Source: Lepidodermella squamata
Lineage: Eukaryota > Animalia > Gastrotricha
Direction of reading: 5' to 3'
NCBI GenBank assembly: GCA_047495785.1
Contig: JBLDXI010000031.1
Location: 248,001 to 312,000, forward strand
DNA: 64,000 bases
The notes under the pieces are model-generated. The model did not search any database, was not told the DNA's origin, and worked only from the letters and a program-made list of their open reading frames with translations. Positions 1 to 12,723 of this stretch are shown one piece after another. Each line of letters opens with the position of its first letter. The first letter of the stretch is position 1. The position numbers were made by a program, and so were the translations under genes.

Positions 1-622
1 ATCACTAGCTATATTGTTAATTTGGCTTGTTAACGCGCTTGGCGCCAATGGTGCATGGAGCGTTAAACGATCAAGCTCCTTAGCAGAAAACGCTCTGCCT
101 CTGCAAATCGGCCCAGTCTCCACAGCAGTCTACGATGGCAAGGTCAATCTCGCGAGATTGTTCGCGACAGCCGAGTTGTTGAAGCAAAAGATACTTCGGC
201 AACTTACCGGCCGTGTAGATTGGATAAACGACGCGCAAGTCATTGCATTCCTCGACCGGGCAGTTCTGCTCATCCAGACCAGCGATGGCTACGAGGGGAT
301 TCGACTGCGTCAAGAAATCCGGCCGAATGACATGTCATACGTCGTGATTATCAGCGTCGTATCATCTCTGGACGCAAGCGGCATTATTCATGTTGAGGTT
401 GCTGCTCTTGAAGCTAAGGCTTCGGTCACGGCGAAGAGCAATATTATCCAGACGAATGTCAAGAAGCATCCGTGGTGGAAGGGTCGCAAGCCAACTATAA
501 CGCACGACATAGTGGGACAACATGATCGTGGTATCACCGATGCTGAGTTTCTGCATGTTCAGAACACGCTGCTCGCAGCACTGCGAAGCCATCCATTTTA
601 TCAAGCGATTAGCTCTTCGTGA
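1..622 (+). CDS. 5'-truncated ORF, probably a secreted protein of unknown function
   Basis: Frame is open from base 2 (SLAILLIWLVNALG, signal-peptide-like) to TGA at 620-622; composition looks globular; no family recognised. Confidence 0.55.
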   Translation, partial: SLAILLIWLVNALGANGAWSVKRSSSLAENALPLQIGPVSTAVYDGKVNLARLFATAELLKQKILRQLTGRVDWINDAQVIAFLDRAVLLIQTSDGYEGIRLRQEIRPNDMSYVVIISVVSSLDASGIIHVEVAALEAKASVTAKSNIIQTNVKKHPWWKGRKPTITHDIVGQHDRGITDAEFLHVQNTLLAALRSHPFYQAISSS

Positions 623-1864
623 CGAAACGAAGCGAAAATCTTTCTATTTGTCCTTAACTTTCCTTCACATTTTTTGGCAATAATTAAGGAGCAACGAACA
701 GCATTATATCCATCAAAAAGAAAAATCTGACGTAGAGAATGTATCCAGTGAAAATAGCTGCTTAATTTGTAAATATTGTTTATTATCTCGCCTTTCTCGC
801 GCCTTCCTTCCATGTTGAATAGAATAGATATTCGCTCCAGCATTACAACCTGCAACTGCCTAAGAATAAACTCGCAAAATGCATTGCTCTGTCTTTATTT
901 CACAATTTGAGAGGAATAACGTTATGGAGACTCCACTCTCCACTCAAGGAGAATGCTGTTAACGCAAACACGAAAATCGATAATTTACGATCGAGGCAAA
1001 AAATGTGCAAAAATGGTCGCTCACACAAATTAAATCACCATTTGTCAGCTAACCGACATTACGCACTAGAAAATGGCCGGTCGAAGGTAAACTTTGGCGA
1101 TTTTCACCTTTTAGGCTCGTCTTATTTCAAATCTAAATACATATTCAGAGAGATTAGGTCAGCGGGATGGCATCGGCCGAAAAAAACATGTAATCACTAT
1201 GTCGTAAGGCAATCTAATTATTGTTGAATGCCTATTTCTCTGTATTTTGCAAGTCGTTTACGATAATCGGCAGATTTTAAATACATTATAATACATTATA
1301 ATAATGTAAATTATACATATTATATACCAGCACTTCGAACAAAAAAAATCGCTTTTTTTCCGGGCAGTTTCTGGGAGAGAAATTCGTCAATGTTAAAGGC
1401 TTAAAGGTTGAACGATCCAACGAATAGTGTTAGGTTATTGCTTGTTTTTACATTGTGGCTTAATTTCTGTTTGAAAAGGTTTCATGTGTTAGGTAGTAAC
1501 GCCAGAATAAAACATTACCGGGCTTTCTATGGAAATAATCATCTCTAATGTGAAGAAATTACGTACGCAATACAGATCCACGTTCTGAGTCGCTTCAAGT
1601 CGCTTTCAAAAATAACCACGCCGCGGTCATAACTTGGTTATTCCGCCAACAGTGATCTATATAGGTCGTAGCGTCTTAGCAAAAAATTATCAAGAGCCGT
1701 CGCGCATGTTCGACACATAATAAGTATTAGATTACACATTCAAGAGCTAATATGCAGGCGGATACAGGTCAATATTGCGGAGAGAGTAAAATCAATTTTT
1801 AGCTCGTAACTTCGCTACTTCTATCACTTCTATCCTGATATCTGCTCCTCATAATTTCACTCTG

Positions 1865-4474
1865 ATGATACACCTGTTTTTGTTGTTCCAACTGCTGATT
1901 TCAGGACTCGAAGCGATAGAGAAGCCATATAAGCTGCAATTGTTGGTTCAAAGTCGTATTACGGGGTCTGAGCCCGTCCTGCTAACGGCCTGTCGCCTAG
2001 CATCAGACTTTGCTGCAGATCGAGCGAATAAGCAAAGCAACTACCTTCCTGATTACAACATTGAAACAATTCATACCGACGACAAAATTCTCAGCTTGAA
2101 CGCCCCTAGAGCTCTTCTCACATTTTATCAAAATTATGAAGTTTCTAAAGAGGAATTGGATGAAAAAAGGACGTACCCCTCACCAATTTCAGTCGGACCA
2201 TGGGTTTCAAACGGTTGCAGAGCAATCGGCCGATTCCTTCATCATATCAACCACATTTCAATAGCAACATTATGCACAGCTTCAATTCTGACTGATCGGA
2301 AGCAATTTCCTAATTTGTACCTATCATCCTCAACTTCAAACCCGAAAAATTACGGATACGCTAAATTCATTAAATATATCGGCAAATGGTCTCGAGTAGC
2401 ACTCTTAACATTCGCAGATTATGTCAACGATTTCAATGCCGCTTTCAACTTTCATCAAATCGCGGTTGAACACGGCGTTGAAGTGCCATGGTTCAACGCT
2501 GTTATTGATTTCGACATGGAAACGGCCCAATCTTTGCTGGAAAGCGAGGCTAGGATTATTTTGGTTTTCACTTCATCTTTAGTTAACATGAACTCATTTT
2601 ACTGCAATGCCTACCAAGTTGGGATGAAAGGGCCGAAATACGCATTTTTCGGCTTCGATGCCGGAATGCCGCGACCTGAAAGCTTATCCCCTGCATCTAT
2701 CCCTCAGAATTGTTCTCGGAAGATTGTTGAGGACCAGCTGAACCAAACCTTTGCGTTAGAGATAACTGAGGGAGATTCCGACCCTAAGGCAAAGACAGCT
2801 TTTGGCTACACGAATGTCGAATTTGATCGAATGTTTGTAGCTTATACGAACAGCGCTAACGTAAGTGGGGATCATGAATTCCGATACGTCTGTCATGACA
2901 GTGTACTACAAGCTATAATACTTCTGGATAAAGCGGAACGTGCTTTGATAGCAAGAAACATGTCGCTGCGTGACTATGTAAATGCAAGACCAGAAGTTAT
3001 TAGTGTTATCAAAGCTCAGGTGCCTACTCTCGATTTTACTGGATTGAGATCTTCGAGAATTCGGTACAGCTCCAATGGACTCCAATACGGCTTACCCTAC
3101 TATATTTCACATTGGTCAGCCAATTCGCCAACGAAGAAGCTAGTCCAGATATCAAAGTCGTTGGATAATGTAACCGATGAATATGAAGGAACCATTGTAA
3201 AACAGATTGCTGATAGAATTCCTTGGGTAACAAAAGACGGAAAGCCTCCTAACGACCGGAAAATTCTGAAAACTGTGATTCTTGAACCTTCGAATACTCA
3301 GTTCATTGTTATCATATCTATTTCTGCGGTTGCAATGTTCTTGGAAGCTTTGGGCGCTCTATTAATCATTACTCAAAGGACTGAGGCTGATTTAGAATTT
3401 ACCTTGCCTCATCTCAAGTTTCTAGGAATGATTGGTTGCATCATTCTCGCAGCTTCAGCAGTTACCTTTGCCGTTAAAACAGGTTCGGAGGAAAGTGGGG
3501 TCAGAATATGGATTGCGAGATTATTTCTATTAATTTACTCCGTGAATTTGATAACTTCAGTACTCTGCATCAGAATTATGTGCTTATTTCGGCGGATCAA
3601 AATTCAATTAAGCACTGTGGTATTCCCGAGAGCTTCTCGAGCAACAATAATTCACAACAAATTTCAAATCGGTGGAATGATGCAAGCGATTGATTTTACA
3701 GATGCAAGTACTGTTGGAATCTATGGCGGTCCTATCAGAAGAGTCGAACAAAAACGGGTCCGTTTCCGCCAAACCACTCTACCAAACCGGCACAATTTCA
3801 CTGAGAATAATGGCCACCCTATTCAAACTAATGCAATGTATCCGAACGAGCAGCCGGAGGAAGGTCCGATTATCCCACCGTTGGAAAAGGACAAAGTTCA
3901 AGCAGCAGAGAAAATAGCGGTACTAGTCGTTCTAGCTTGGTCAACTTTCGTCTTGCTCTCGCTTATCGTCTGGCTTTTCGGGCCTGATAAGCTGCAATGT
4001 TACCATACAATCGCTGGGAAAGGTGTTTACAGCGAAGAGACCGATGTCTTGACTCAGAAAAGTGTAACTCTTTGCTTCTCCTGGTACCAATATGCTTGGC
4101 TTGGAGCAATTTTTGGCGTGGACGTTGTTTTAATCCTCCTAGCAATATTAACTGCTGTAAATTTGAAGCTGTCAAGAGGGGCCGCATCGATATTCCCATT
4201 TTTCGACGAGACCCTCGGAGCTTTGTCAAATCTTGTTACTATCATGCTAGCGACGATTCTTATTCTCAGAATTTTGAATGACGATACACTAAACCAAATG
4301 CTGACAGTTTCTGTTTCGGCCCTGCTTCTTTCAATCGCAACTGGATCAGCTCTGCTTTATTCGACTTTTCAAGGCCTGTTGAAAATCCCTGAGGAGATGT
4401 ATGTATATGACGATCATTACGAGCGTACTGCTCCGCCGGTTCGGCGAAATAATACCTACTCAACATTAGCATGA
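1865..4474 (+). CDS. Class C GPCR, GABA-B-like (Venus-flytrap domain plus 7TM, no Cys-rich domain), intronless
   Basis: 869 aa. Signal peptide; ANF-receptor-like motifs (LPDYNIE, VGPWVSNGC, LTDRKQFPNLY, WSRVALL, ARIILVF, CNAYQVGMKGPKYAFF); PPND linker; seven hydrophobic segments. Confidence 0.85.
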   Translation: MIHLFLLFQLLISGLEAIEKPYKLQLLVQSRITGSEPVLLTACRLASDFAADRANKQSNYLPDYNIETIHTDDKILSLNAPRALLTFYQNYEVSKEELDEKRTYPSPISVGPWVSNGCRAIGRFLHHINHISIATLCTASILTDRKQFPNLYLSSSTSNPKNYGYAKFIKYIGKWSRVALLTFADYVNDFNAAFNFHQIAVEHGVEVPWFNAVIDFDMETAQSLLESEARIILVFTSSLVNMNSFYCNAYQVGMKGPKYAFFGFDAGMPRPESLSPASIPQNCSRKIVEDQLNQTFALEITEGDSDPKAKTAFGYTNVEFDRMFVAYTNSANVSGDHEFRYVCHDSVLQAIILLDKAERALIARNMSLRDYVNARPEVISVIKAQVPTLDFTGLRSSRIRYSSNGLQYGLPYYISHWSANSPTKKLVQISKSLDNVTDEYEGTIVKQIADRIPWVTKDGKPPNDRKILKTVILEPSNTQFIVIISISAVAMFLEALGALLIITQRTEADLEFTLPHLKFLGMIGCIILAASAVTFAVKTGSEESGVRIWIARLFLLIYSVNLITSVLCIRIMCLFRRIKIQLSTVVFPRASRATIIHNKFQIGGMMQAIDFTDASTVGIYGGPIRRVEQKRVRFRQTTLPNRHNFTENNGHPIQTNAMYPNEQPEEGPIIPPLEKDKVQAAEKIAVLVVLAWSTFVLLSLIVWLFGPDKLQCYHTIAGKGVYSEETDVLTQKSVTLCFSWYQYAWLGAIFGVDVVLILLAILTAVNLKLSRGAASIFPFFDETLGALSNLVTIMLATILILRILNDDTLNQMLTVSVSALLLSIATGSALLYSTFQGLLKIPEEMYVYDDHYERTAPPVRRNNTYSTLA

Positions 4475-4679
4475 TATTAGTGTGATTGGATGTAGCATTA
4501 TAATGCCATTAAAAAGTGTCATAATCCGGAACGTGAGGGTGTCTGATGAACTGAGGAATTTTATGTTTGCGCACTAATTGGCTAGCTGGGTGACTTTACG
4601 GCTGCAAAAGCCTACGCTTCATTTTCGAGTAAGAGCAAGGTATAAGTTATACATATCACTAATGTGACTTAATAAAAAG

Positions 4680-7166
4680 ATGATTTTCTTACTGATCTTG
4701 TTTTCAGCCTCGCTTGTTTTTTCGCAGAAGCCGTACAAACTTCAAATGCTGGTCCAAACTCGAATTACTGGGACAGAACCAGCTATTCCTCGAGATTGCC
4801 GTCTCGCTTCGAAGTTCGCTGCAGATAGAGCCAATGAGCAATCAGAATTCTTACCAGACTATGAAATCGAACTGATCTACGGCGACGAAAAGCTGTTTGG
4901 AAACAACTCCCCCAACGTGACGATGAACTTTGCCAGATCTTCTGTGGTTAGTGGAAATGTGTATCCCTCCCCTATTACTGTTGGTCCATGGAACACGAAT
5001 GGCTGTAAAGGGATGGGATCTTTCCTTCATCACATCAATTACGTGGCTTATTCGACTTTGTGTTCCGGATCAGTATTATCAGACCGGAAAAAGTTCCCTA
5101 ATCTCTACCTGTCATCAGCTACAACAGACCCGAAAAACTACGGCTACGTGAAATTCATGAAAGACATCGGAAATTGGAGCCGGATAGGGATTGTTACTTA
5201 CGCTGATAATCTCAATGACTTCAACGGGGCTTTTCATCTTCATAAAGTTGCAATTGAGAACAAAATCGAGGTTCCTTGGTTTGATTCAGTGTATCAATTC
5301 GATCAGGAGGCTGCGAGATCTCTAAAGGACAGCGATGTCAGAATTATCGTTTTCTTCGCATCTGGAATCAATCGGCTAATTTCGTTTTACTGCCAAGCTT
5401 ATCAAGTAGGAATAACTGGATCGAGATATGTTTTCATGACTTTAGACGGGTCTATTCCTAACATTGATTTCTACCCGAATTCGTCCATGCCCTCGAATTG
5501 CAATATGTCAATTGTTGCGAAACAAATCAGATCAACTTTAGCTCTAGAGGTCGCTGATGGCGATGGCGAGATGACTCATAAGACCCCATTTGGCTACAAC
5601 AGGCAAGATTTCGATAGAATGTTCGTGAATTACACAGGAGGGACGCCGGCTAGTGACTATGACTTTCGACACGTTTGCCACGACAGTGTGATGCAGGCTG
5701 TACTAGCCTTAGACAAGACAGAGCGTGCGCTGCGTATGCAAGGAAACTCTACACTTCGCAATTTTCCTGATAGCCCGGAACAAATAATCAATATTATCAA
5801 TAACGTGACTATGTCCCTCGACTTCCCCGCCCTCAGATCATCAAGAGTTAGATTCAACTCAAATGGGGAAATAGTGAGTCTACCATTTTTCATATCTTAC
5901 CGATGTGAAAATGGGTCCATTAAGCGTCTAACTGAGATAAACCGATTGAATGAGAAAATCGATGATATCAACAGCTATTCGATCAGACAGGTTGTTGCGA
6001 ATTTTCCATGGCAGACTGCGTCCGGTTTGAGTCCAAGAGACCAGATGCAAGTCGTGAAAATCACTGAAGAAACTTCTAAACTCGAATTCTACATCATTTC
6101 GACGATTTCGGGGCTGTTATTCGCTATTCAAGTATCAGGTATCATTCTGACGGTCTTGAAGAGAGATCATGTTCATCTTATCGACTCGATGCCAATTTTG
6201 AAGTGCTTCTGTTTAGCTGGATGCTTGATTTTGGACTTTGCATCGTTTTCCTTCGTTCTCAAGCCCGGTCTAATTGCGACTCAAGTTATCTCCTGGTATA
6301 TTCGGCTTTTCCTCCTTGTAACTGGCCTCGGTCTTGTTGTATCACTAGCATCTTTCAGGATTATCCACGTATTTCTAAAATCAAGATTCAAGCAAATGAA
6401 TCTGAGAAACTTCCATCGGGAGATTTTAAATTGTTCTAACGTCAAAGAGACAATTCCTAAAACAGCGCCCGCTACTGGAAGCACCGAGGTATCCGTTACT
6501 CGAATCGCCTTTGAACCTCCCCGTAACAACGTTTACAAACTTCATAATTTGAATTCTTCTAGAATCAAAGACTCAGAGAGAAATGCTCTGATATCTAGCT
6601 TAGTATTTTCTATTATCGTCTTCCTATTTCTCTCGATATGGCTATTCGGTGTCGACCCGCTGATTTGCTCTACCTTCATTTCCGATCATGGAGTCTACAA
6701 CGAAGCTACGGATACTTTGGTAGAGACTCACGTAACCATTTGCTACTCCCAGCATCAATCTGCTTTGGTAGCTTTTTCAACCTCAATCGCATTGTTTTTA
6801 CTGCTAATCTCCGGCTTTATATGCATTTATTTGCGATTTTCGAGACCTGATCTAGATTATTTCCCAGACTTTGACGCGTCCGTAGCAACGGTAGCTAACC
6901 TAAATTCAGTTTTCATCGGATCCATCCTGATTTTGTTGGTGATGTCCAGGGATGTCATGATGCTATGCTTAGCGACTGCCATTCTTTTACTTGTAATTTC
7001 TGCCGCGACAAGTGCAACTTTACTAATCTCAACTTATCGATGTGTTTTCAATCGGGAACCTGTTGTAGACCCTGCAGATTTCTTTCGCGGTCACAGCAAT
7101 GTCTTCACTCTGCGATCGTCCACAGTCACGCATGTTATTCCTTCCATAACTGTTACCGAGGCTTGA
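4680..7166 (+). CDS. Class C GPCR, GABA-B-like, tandem paralog, intronless
   Basis: 828 aa, collinear with the previous ORF (KPYKLQ.LVQ.RITG, LSDRKKFPNLYLSS, VRIIVFF, VCHDSV.QA, seven TM segments); 205-bp intergenic gap. Confidence 0.85.
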   Translation: MIFLLILFSASLVFSQKPYKLQMLVQTRITGTEPAIPRDCRLASKFAADRANEQSEFLPDYEIELIYGDEKLFGNNSPNVTMNFARSSVVSGNVYPSPITVGPWNTNGCKGMGSFLHHINYVAYSTLCSGSVLSDRKKFPNLYLSSATTDPKNYGYVKFMKDIGNWSRIGIVTYADNLNDFNGAFHLHKVAIENKIEVPWFDSVYQFDQEAARSLKDSDVRIIVFFASGINRLISFYCQAYQVGITGSRYVFMTLDGSIPNIDFYPNSSMPSNCNMSIVAKQIRSTLALEVADGDGEMTHKTPFGYNRQDFDRMFVNYTGGTPASDYDFRHVCHDSVMQAVLALDKTERALRMQGNSTLRNFPDSPEQIINIINNVTMSLDFPALRSSRVRFNSNGEIVSLPFFISYRCENGSIKRLTEINRLNEKIDDINSYSIRQVVANFPWQTASGLSPRDQMQVVKITEETSKLEFYIISTISGLLFAIQVSGIILTVLKRDHVHLIDSMPILKCFCLAGCLILDFASFSFVLKPGLIATQVISWYIRLFLLVTGLGLVVSLASFRIIHVFLKSRFKQMNLRNFHREILNCSNVKETIPKTAPATGSTEVSVTRIAFEPPRNNVYKLHNLNSSRIKDSERNALISSLVFSIIVFLFLSIWLFGVDPLICSTFISDHGVYNEATDTLVETHVTICYSQHQSALVAFSTSIALFLLLISGFICIYLRFSRPDLDYFPDFDASVATVANLNSVFIGSILILLVMSRDVMMLCLATAILLLVISAATSATLLISTYRCVFNREPVVDPADFFRGHSNVFTLRSSTVTHVIPSITVTEA

Positions 7167-8903
7167 GAAATAAAACCGATGAACATAGAATAGCTTGTCG
7201 ATTTATATATCAGCACCTCCCCAAACATACAATGAAAAGCAGAAATCAGGTAGAAAGATGATGGTTGATAAGGCCTGTTAGTTTCAGCCGGATCAGAGAG
7301 AGCTAGGCAGTTTCTTTTCCCAGCGGTTTTAGCTACTACTTGTCCTGAATTAAATCGATCTATATAGGACTCACTGTACCTTGTTGACCGCACAGAAGGC
7401 TGCACTGACCTCGATGACTTTTTTCCCCGCAAAAACACAATAACACTTCGGCTTTGCAAGATAGGCTAACAAACACGTTGTTGTATATAGCGGAGCTCAG
7501 GTATTGCCATCTATATTTCGTCCGTTCAATGGTTTAAATAATTAACACCAAATGAGGCGCCTCTTTTTCGCGGCCGCCCCGCACAGCCTCATTTTTGGCG
7601 CCGTGCCGCGCGCCATGTCTATTTATTGTTGTGGCCATTTTTCTCGCCGCAAGGTGTCCTGTAAAATATGCGCTGTTGGCGAGTGGGCGCGCGCGGACAC
7701 AACAGCGTGTTTTATTAATGACGCGCACACGCGCATGAATGCAATCGATATAGCCGAAAAACTGCGCATGGCCACGCTTCGGCGAAAATATTTTTTATTA
7801 CGCGGAGGACGAGCAACACGGCCGTGTTGACACAAACAAAGTGCGCGCGCTCGCGCGTAATATCCGGTGTATTTACGGCATCGATGTCCCCTAACGTGAA
7901 TACCCCTTTCGATCATCAGTCATGCCTAATGCTATCTAATAGCCTTGATTTTATCTAGAACATGAAATATGCATTTAAAAGCATTTCTCACCAGTCTCTA
8001 ATGTAAGGAAGACAAGCCAACCCACCCAGTTTTCCAAAATGGTTCTTTAAGCCATGGTATCTTCCAAAGAGACTCTTCTCCATTATTATTCCTATCAACA
8101 GTTTTTGAATAACTTTTTCTGTGACCCCAAACTGCGCTGTTCTGGCTAAGATAGTACGAAATTGTTAATAAATAGCGTGTTATGTCTTACATTTCTTTAA
8201 AAATACTTTACTTCGTGCGGCAACCCGACCCCAAGACCCAAACAGGTAGATGGTATTTCGTATTTCAAGCTTATTTTGGTGTGGATTTCGGCAAAAATCC
8301 TGCCTCCATTGAGATATCGGATATCGCACTTTCCGAGATACCGTTTAATGACCATCGCACATATGGAAGGAAAATGAGGACCTTTTTCCCTTTTCAATTA
8401 AAATATGCCACCCGCCTCAGTAGAGCCTTGTCGCGCTAAAGCTAAGGCATATTCTTAGCAAATAAAAATGCTTTAATCATTTTCATGAGTTTTCGAATGC
8501 TGATCTAATATGTTATGATTGTTGATTCACATCCTTACCAATTCTTGTCTTTCCTTTCCTAATAAGGAAATTAGGAAACGAAATTAAGGGACATAACTAA
8601 AGCATGTCCAAAATACGGATCGTGGAAGATTTGCTTCATTTTCAGCAGTTCATTAAATTTTATTTAAAAAAATTGGAAGTATTATACCTACCTTAACTGC
8701 GCCACTATGTTCGGTGGATCAAGGTTCAAAGTCTCTCCAGGCTCGAGATTTTCATGACTAGGAGACAATGATCCATTATTGCGCGGATCATTGCCATCTT
8801 TCAATGGCATGTAAACGATTATTTGAAAACAATGAAGAAATTGCTTTTCTTTAGATGCTTAACACATTCTTAAACATCCCATCGCACTGATCATCGGTAT
8901 CAA

Positions 8904-11894
8904 ATGGTTGCAACACTTATAAAACTAGCCGTCATAACAGCCATATTGCGCAGCGTTTCTTCCCAATGCACTGATAACAACGACATCCCTTATGCAGGCA
9001 CTTGCTATCAATTCGTGCAGAACTCGAGCATTGGAACTTATGACGATGCCGAGGCGTACTGTACAGCCCGGTCCAAGCAATTAGCTCTCATTTCCAACAC
9101 AGGGCAAATGGCTTTCATCGCTCGAACAATGCGGGCCAAGATGTGGGATAACATTCTGGTCGGGCTTCGCTACGTTCGGACTGGTTGGAACTGGGCCGAT
9201 TCGAATCTGCCGCTAAGAGGCCAGGGATGTTCCGAAACTGCGTTTTACGACTCAAGTGGTCTGCCTAATGTTATTTCAAAACGAATGACCGTTGAACGAT
9301 GCATGATCTACTGCTCAACGAAAGACCAATTATACGCGTCGGTACAGCAGGGTTTCTTCTGTTACTGCTCAACTTCATTCATCTGGCCGTCAGTTGCGAG
9401 AAATTGCTCGATGCCATGCAGCGGGGCGTCCGACCAGAAGTGTGGCGGATATTTGACTAGCCTGACGTTTTTCAGTGGAGAGGATGCGTATGACAATTGG
9501 CTGGAAGGAAGACCAAGTGTTCACGGGGTATGCTCTGTGATTCAAGTTGATCGAGTTACGAATTCATGGCTGGATTACGGCTGCAATATGGTCCAACCTT
9601 TCCTCTGCAAATTAGGTAAGCTTTGACGATTATCAATAATTGTTGAAAGGAAACTAAATCCTTATCAAGTTTTCTTCAAATCAGAGAAATGAAGAGAGCA
9701 TAAAATTCAAAAAGAAAAAATTTCAACAATTTGCATGAGAAAAAATAGGGAACCTCGAATTTCGCTGTAAACAAAATTCAAGTTTCAAGATTTTTCTACA
9801 ATTTTGCATCTTTCGGCGATTAAATAAGATTCAAAGTACAAACGTTTTAGCTGCTTTTGCTTTTCAGATGATTCGAATCCCAGTTCAAATGCCTCGACAC
9901 TCATCGACATAGCGGAGACATACGCATGCGGGAATGGTGTGTGCTATTTCCTCATCAGCAGCGTAATGAGAACGTGGTTCAACGCCGATCGTTTCTGCGT
10001 TAGTCGAGGCGGTCGAATTGCTTCTATCGAGAACGCGCAGCGCCAAGATGCAGTTAACAGCCTGTTATTCCGATCAAACCTCGCGAGTGGCACTTTGATC
10101 TGGATAGGAGCCGTTAATTATCAATGGTTCCAGCGGGATAACGACGGGACATTCCAACCTATACCTTTCGACGTCTGGGCATCATCGAATGAACCAGTCG
10201 CCCCGGAGACGTATCCATGTGCTGTTGCTGCAATGAAACCGAATGGAAATTACGGCTTGCAAACCCGAAGATGCGATTTCTTATCAGATGTCCAAAACCG
10301 ATTTATCTGCTCCACTAAATCTACAGTTTCGAGTTCTCGACAGGGTGGTTTTCACAAGAAATTCGCTAACAAAAGGCTTTCATCTGATATAAAATCGCCG
10401 TTTGAAGGTGAACTAAACGAAAGGATTGAAGACAGTGGCTTGGTCATGCCTAAGAAAGTTCCGAAACGGACGGGACCTTCGAACGATTCTACTCGGTCTA
10501 GATCAAGGGGGCTAAGAAAAGATTTGAGTTCAGAGAATTCGACTGCGGAATCTTGGACTGCTTTCTTCCTATCAGACGATACGCTTAATGTAACAGGATT
10601 TAACTGGAATCTCACTTCAACCTATATACTGGATATCCCGCCGGTATCTATTAACGTTACTTCTCCACCTTCAAAATCCTCGGCATCGAATCTGGTTACT
10701 GGACTTCAGGCTCGAAGTGCTAGAAACTTGACTAGGCTAGAGGTGGTTCTTCGCGATTTACTGAGCCCTAAGATTGAGCTGGAGAACCAGTTTAATGCAA
10801 CATCGGTGCCTATGTCAAATTTCACGAAACCACGCTCTATCTCGCCAACTGTCGCTACGAGGAAATTGTCGCAGCCTCAAGTCTTTATCAAATATAATGC
10901 AACAGAGAATTCCACAAACAAAACTTCTGAGAAATCTGTTGTTAGGAAGCTATCAAACCCTCAAGTTTTCATCATTTCCAATGCCACCGCTATGAATGAA
11001 TCGGTTATCACCAACGTTACGGCTAATGAAAGCACAACTCGGTCTTATCCATCAACTCGTTTAGCTACAGACATAACTCTGACCTGGTATTATTCGACGA
11101 TTAATGATCGGAAGGCTACAACAGCACGGCCTTCATCTGCGACTACAGAGATTTTCGATATGACTAGCCACACATTGACAAGTTTGCTGAGTGCCAAACA
11201 TGGGACGACATTGCTGGTAACTTCTTTTGAGGATGACGAAAAAGATGTACCTGTCGCAGCTCCGGAGCCTTCTTTTGATCGTAAATCCAAGCTTTCGGAA
11301 GTATCAACTACGCTAAAGCCTGTGATATCAACCTATTCAGTATTCAAAGCTCGAACCTTTCCTACAACAACCCACAGGTCTTATGTTACAGCAAAAATTG
11401 ACCTGAAACTGATTAACAGTACCCAGATTTGCAATGCAACATGCGGGAATCGAATTATTCCTATGAAGGACCCGGAAGATGGACCGAAAATTCAGTCATT
11501 GGTCTGCTACCGGAAGCTTGATTCTGCGACGGATCATATCGCTCTGCTTGTTGTAAGTCATAAAGATATTGCGAATTGGTACGATGCTGAAATGCCTTGC
11601 TCGGCTCTGAACGATCCACCTCCGTTTCCTACTGAAGCGGCAGAGGTGAATAAACTGGATTCTGTCTTAAAGGACGTCAAAGGTGTGTCATGGTGGGCGA
11701 TTCTTCTGGTTGTGATATCGGTAAATGCGACGCTGACAGCCATTTTCGCAACATTATTCTTTTACGTGAAGCGGCAATTGAAAAATCGAAGTTTAAGGCG
11801 TAACTCGATTGAAGAAGCGAGAGAGAAACTTCAATCGGTGCCGCATACTAGTCATAACCAAATACAACCAGTGGACGCGACTGCTGCGTCATGA
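8904..11894 (+). CDS. Type I membrane protein: CTLD with nested WSC, second CTLD, mucin-like stalk, TM; exons 8904-9615 and 9868-11894 (about 912 aa)
   Basis: CYQF...YC...LA.I...VGL...W.W CTLD start; WSC core MTVERC..YC...YASVQQG..CYC...C.MPCSG....CGG; CTLD end NW...P...C...WLD.GC...PFLC. Phase-1 GT-AG intron 9616-9867 restores the frame. TM segment WWAILLVVISV... Confidence 0.85.
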
Positions 11895-12267
11895 AGCTGA
11901 ATGTGATGGATTTTTTTACGTTATTTCTTGATTTTTCCAAAAGCCTCCTGATTTGTAGAGATCGAATCGTTGAGTTTCGCTATATTCATTCTTGAATTCT
12001 TGACTTTGCAACCGTTGCCTAATAAAGCGATATTAATTTTTCTAACCATGTAATTATCTCTCGAAACTTTTATTCATTCTTTCAACATCTTGAATTTCAG
12101 GTTTCATGTTCATGTTTCTAATTCCGCACGCGGTGGTATTGCGTAGCCCGGCAAGAAAGCTCATAAAAACCACAGGAGACACTTTGGTTAGATAAATTCG
12201 GGGCTGAAAATACCAAAGCGTTCCATCCAAAATCAAGGATCTATTAAGATGACATCAAAAATAGATA

Positions 12268-12668
12268 CCGTAAACTACAGTATAGAGGCCGCGGCGATTA
12301 ATTTTCCTGATTTTTAGAAAGGGGTGAAAAATGCGGCGATTATTCGAGTGCGGCCTTTATTTTCTTGAATTTTCAGCCGTCACGCTGAACTAGCAGTTTG
12401 TTCAATACTAACGGATGTAAAAGGTGCGCCAGAGGCCGGATTTCACTGTAATCAAGATCTGCAGCTAGCGCGATGAGTTTACATATTCGCTAAGAAGTGC
12501 GGATAATCCGTCTACTCGGAGTCGCCCCAGGTGTTTCATTGAGGGTGACTGCTAATCGCTGTTGAGTGCGGCGATTATTCGCGCGTGGCCTTTATTATTG
12601 CCAAATTGTTGAAAATGGGGTGTTTTGCGGCGATTATTCGGGTGCGGCCTTTATACTGTAGTTTACGG
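12268..12668. mobile_element. MITE, Tc1/mariner-pogo type (CCGTA termini)
   Basis: 25-bp TIR CCGTAAACTACAGTATAGAGGCCGC with one mismatch; flanks TA and TG; internal GCGGCGATTATTCG..TGCGGCCTTTAT repeats. Confidence 0.8.
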
Positions 12669-12723
12669 TGTGCAGCATGGTAATGAAATCATGATATTGT
12701 TCATGATTTAACAAGCATACTTA

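Noticed and set aside
7534-7880. GC-rich segment ending GGTGTATTTACGG
   Set aside because: Probably a one-ended CCGTA-type MITE remnant; no matching left TIR or TSD found, and its ORFs look spurious.
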